64,000 bases of DNA from Takakia lepidozioides (Eukaryota > Plantae > Bryophyta): positions 86,676,001 through 86,740,000 of the forward strand of contig CM060731.1 in NCBI GenBank assembly GCA_030704615.1, written 5' to 3'. Below are positions 60,339 to 64,000 of the stretch, in pieces. The position numbers and the translations under genes were made by a program. The notes beneath the pieces are model-generated. The model was not told the origin of the DNA. It saw nothing but the letters and a program-made list of their open reading frames with translations, and did no database searches. Within the stretch, counting starts at the first letter, position 1. Every line of letters begins with the position of its first letter.

Positions 60339-61194
60339 TGTTAACCGCTGGTTTATGACTTAGACAAAACAGGCTATCAGCACTACTGCCCATTTCCTAA
60401 GACATGCAACAGAGGTTGTCCGACAGTATGCTTTCAGAAATGATTACGAAGTAATCGTTTTAAGGATAGCTAAACCATGAACATCGTATGAATTTATCTC
60501 CTTGGAGGCTGCTTAATCCTATTGATTAAGCTCAACTTACAGTCTCTTTGACATGAGAGATTGTAGTCGTAAAGACTGAAGTCATTCCATTCATACAAAC
60601 AATTGATAGTCAAGGCAAAACAAGAATTATCATTCTCACCATCTCACGTTCCCTCATAATGCACATTCTCTCCATCTCCCATTCACTCTACAAAGAGATA
60701 CTTCGAATAGCATGGCTTTACTTCAGAGTTCGCCACATCGTCACAGAAGTACACACTGAATACACACTGATCACTAATACTCATACTCATATTGCTCTCC
60801 CTCTAAGTTGTGGGCATCCTTTTTATACTATGCTCGAAAGAGCCGTTACAGTCTGCGGTCGTTAATGACCGTTTGCCTAACTGCCTACGCAACCTAAAAG
60901 GTTTGCTAAAAAGTGGCTCGTTGCAGTGGTCGTGAGCCATAGTGGTAAACGGTCCACTACTCCCTCTATTGGTTAAAGCCAATGCTAATGTGGCCGTGTG
61001 ATATCGTGGTTCACGGCCCACGGTTACTACACTACCCACTACTGCTCCCGTGGTAATGTACCCTTGTCCCGCCATTTGCTAAGTACCGCGTACTTAGCCG
61101 TCTCTGCATGTGGCCAGGTAGTGTACGTCCATCACTACCCGGTATGTCCCGTTGTGACCCTCGTTGTCTGTCCCTCGTAGCATAGCCGTTATCA
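60339..61194 (-). mobile_element. Solo LTR of family B (856 bp)
   Basis: TGTTAAC...GTTATCA termini; 5-bp TSD GAATC at 60334-60338 and 61195-61199; homologous to 33933-34800. Confidence 0.92.
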
Positions 61195-61840
61195 GAATCT
61201 CCATCTAAACCTGGAGGCGTGTTGAGCTTCCTTTTGCAAGAGCAAAATCTCTCCTCACCTTCCAGTTGGGGAACCCTCAGTGCACCTGTTCAGAGCCTTC
61301 ACCATCAGACCCGGTCGCGGCCCTTAGCATCAATTCCATGGAATCAGGGCCCTTGCCTCCACATCGTCCCCTCGGGAAATTCCGGTACCTGGTTTGCTGT
61401 GAAAGTTTTCTTTACAAGAGGTTGTTGTTCAATACAAAGGTTGTTTTTTAGTCTGGAAACTGAGTACGTTGACGGATTCAGATTTAGGAGCACAAGGGAA
61501 GAGAGAAGAAGGTGAGAGAAGATGGTGACACAGGAGCAACCGCTGCTTAGCTGCTATTCATTGAGGAGCTCTTTTGTGAGTCTAAAAACTGGACTTTTGA
61601 GTTTACATTTTCTGTTGGAGCTCCTTTGCATAACTTCTTTTTGAGTGAAGAAATTGGGTGAGTTGACACACTCAGTTCCAGGCAGACTTATTTATTTATT
61701 TATTTTTAATGGCTGGAAAAATGGTGTGCGTCAACGCACGCATTTTTGGGTTGATGATGATGAAGAACAATGTCATATTTCCGCGGAAATAGGTGTTTAA
61801 CCGCGGTAATAGGCCTCATCTTTTGACCACTTTGACGCCA

Positions 61841-62566
61841 TGTCGCGACCCTTTGCCTTGAGGGCAGGGGGGTCGGGACACAAGAGGGGCTGCCCCTGTG
61901 GTGGGGGCAGTAGCAGCGATAGGTACGGGGGCTGAAGCACCCTTGAGTGCCCAAGGCACTCAAGGAGGCGGAGGCGCTCACTAAGTGGTGCCCCGCACAC
62001 CGGGTTGCGGTGGGGGTGGCTCCACAAGGGGTGGTGGTAGCTTAGCGGGACTTAGTGGGGGTGGCATAGGACTCACCATGGGGTGGAGACCTCGAGGTGG
62101 GAGTCGTGGGGAGTCTTGGGACTCATCACGGTCCATTGGGGCCGCGGTGAGTGGGCCAAGACTCACCGCGACTCACCACCGGGAATCGAGGGTCTTCGTG
62201 GTGGTTCGCCATAAAATGGCATGGCTGATTGTGAAACCCCCGCGGACAGCTACAGAAGTATATATAGGGAGTAGTAACCCCGAGAACGGTGCAAGCCCGT
62301 TGGTGACCAAAAACTAGTGAGTAAGCGAGCGAGCCGGAAAGCGACCAAAGAGTGGGGAGCTGTTCCGGACTGCCAACTACCAAAGGGAATTCCCGCTGGT
62401 TCCAAAGCGGTGGAGGGTTCTTTGGGAGAACAAAGGGGGACCGTTATGCCCCGGTGAGCAGCCGAAGCTCCAAGTTGGCCCGGCGGCCAGGTTGGGAGTC
62501 AGGCGCGCGCATCAAAGCGAGTAACTATGACTTGAGGGGGAGCTTACCGAAGGGAGGTGCGCGACA
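61841..62566 (+). mobile_element. 5' LTR of family C Ty3/gypsy (726 bp)
   Basis: TGTCGCG...CGCGACA termini followed by a PBS. Confidence 0.9.
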
Positions 62567-62568
62567 CT

Positions 62569-62580
62569 TGGTATCAGAGC
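62569..62580 (+). promoter_or_regulatory. PBS complementary to tRNA-iMet (TGGTATCAGAGC)
   Basis: Canonical plant iMet PBS 2 nt after the LTR. Confidence 0.92.
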
Positions 62581-62621
62581 TTAGAGTTCAGTACGCGATC
62601 GTCCTTGGGATTGGCCTCATA

Positions 62622-64000
62622 ATGGGGTCGGGCAAGCCGAAGCGAAAGCGGAACGGCCCAAAAGATGATGATCCTGGTGAGCCCGATGGGGGCGACGTGT
62701 CACCGAGGCGGCCGTTTGAGGAAGCGATGAATGTTTCCGAAAACGAGGCCGCTCAAGAGCGGGAGGAATCCAAGGAGTCGGAGCCCGAGGAATCCTTGAG
62801 AGCTCCGACAAACCAAGAGATGTCTCCCATGCTGGCAGCCTTTTGGGAATTGGCGCAGTTTGGCGGGACGTTGAAAGACGTGTTGAAGGCGGCTAATGCC
62901 ACTTCCACTAAGACAAAGTTTAAGGTGAAGCCTAAGGAACCCAGCACCTTCGAGGGCGTTCAAAATCGGAAGGCACTCAACACCTGGCTCCTGGAGCTAG
63001 AGCAGTACTTCCGGGCGGCTAAGTTGAGTGACGAGGATCGGGTGGAAGTGGCTCACCTTGAACTGGAGTGGGTTCAAGGAATTGATGAAGAGACAGTTTG
63101 TGCCCCTCAACGCATCCTGGCTTGCCCGGGACAAGATGAGGAATTTGAAGCAAACAGATGACATTCGGGGGTATGTCCAGGCTTTCAATGTGCTGTTGCT
63201 CGAAGTCGCGGACATGGCAGAACCAGAAATGGTCTTCAACTTTGTGGCGGGACTGGCCCCATGGGCCAGGCGGAAGTTGGAGGAGAAGCCACCCAAGACT
63301 TTGAACGAGGCAATTGAGAGGGCTGAATGTTTCTCGGATGTCCCTAGGGGTGAGAGACAAGGCCGTACGGAGCTGAACCACAAGAAGACCCGGCGGGAAG
63401 GTGACTCCTTCCGACCGGAAAAGAAGTGGGATAGGCCACGCGGCGACAATGGCACGTGGAAATCGAAGGGAGGGCCTTCACACGTCAAGGCGGCACCCGG
63501 TGCTTCGAAAGGAAAAGCGGGTGGAGCGGCTTATGGCGGACAGAAGGCAACCTTTGATGGAGTGTGTTTCAATTGCGGGGAGCCCGGGCACATGGCCAAG
63601 AAGTGCACAAAACCTCGACAATTGAACATGACTCGGGCAACCACGGAGCTGTCGGAAGATACCATCAGTCGCTTGGTGGAAGCGGTGGTCGCCAGGACTT
63701 GCAAGGTAGGCAACTATTCTTGTGAGTTGTATCAGGAAACTGGCGCCCTGCGTAAAGGGAGTCAGTTATTGTTCGTGGATGGGATAATATCCGGAACTAA
63801 CGTGTCGTTGTTGGTGGACACAGGAGCGTCGCACTCCTTCATGACGCCGGCGGCGGCGCAAAAGTTGGGACTCCCAACAAGTGACGTGGGGGCCTCTATT
63901 GAGGTGCGCTCTGCCAAAGGAGAACCTTAGTTGGCGACAAGGTTGGCGTTTGATGTTCCTCTTCAACTGGGGAGTTGGGAGGGACATGAGAACTTCACCA
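62622..64000 (+). pseudogene. gag: Family C gag-protease (runs off the window), frameshifted
   Basis: KPKEPSTFEG, LKQTDDIRGYVQAF, CFNCGEPGHMAKKC, LLVDTGASHSF. Deletion/frameshift near 63060 and a stop at 63928. Confidence 0.9.

Overview
Eukaryotic, land-plant DNA (probably a non-seed plant such as a bryophyte; this is inference) made almost entirely of nested transposons. It holds one apparently intact host gene, a two-exon F-box/kelch-repeat gene at 52689-54539. Several element boundaries were resolved by eye from target-site duplications (TSDs). (1) An Ogre/Tat-like Ty3/gypsy element (LTR end 686, PBS, extra 5' ORF, gag) is split by an 11.9-kb Mutator-like DNA transposon (2836-14757, 9-bp TSD CATTGGAGG). 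(2) A second, 11-kb foldback-type element (22893-33854, 9-bp TSD CTTCCATGC) carries palindrome arrays, a gypsy fragment and a 120-bp higher-order satellite. (3) A minus-strand non-chromovirus gypsy has pol plus a ~990-aa extra 3' ORF split by a solo LTR. (4) The rest includes PPR and S28-peptidase pseudogene fragments, an L1-type LINE, MITEs, a second solo LTR and a chromovirus-like gypsy at the window end. The main finding concerns the first Mutator-like element. Besides its GCM-like/DDE/SWIM transposase, it carries a divergent, intron-rich gene whose spliced product reads as a ParB/Srx-like domain fused to a beta-class N6A/N4C DNA-methyltransferase fold. About 15 copies of a covarying 24-bp palindrome sit in three introns of that gene. 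Together these suggest a candidate transposon-encoded self-recognition/epigenetic module. A ~95-nt retroposed element with compensatory RNA hairpin changes is also present twice. All transposon genes here are decayed (stops and frameshifts), and domain calls come from motif recognition only, not database searches.
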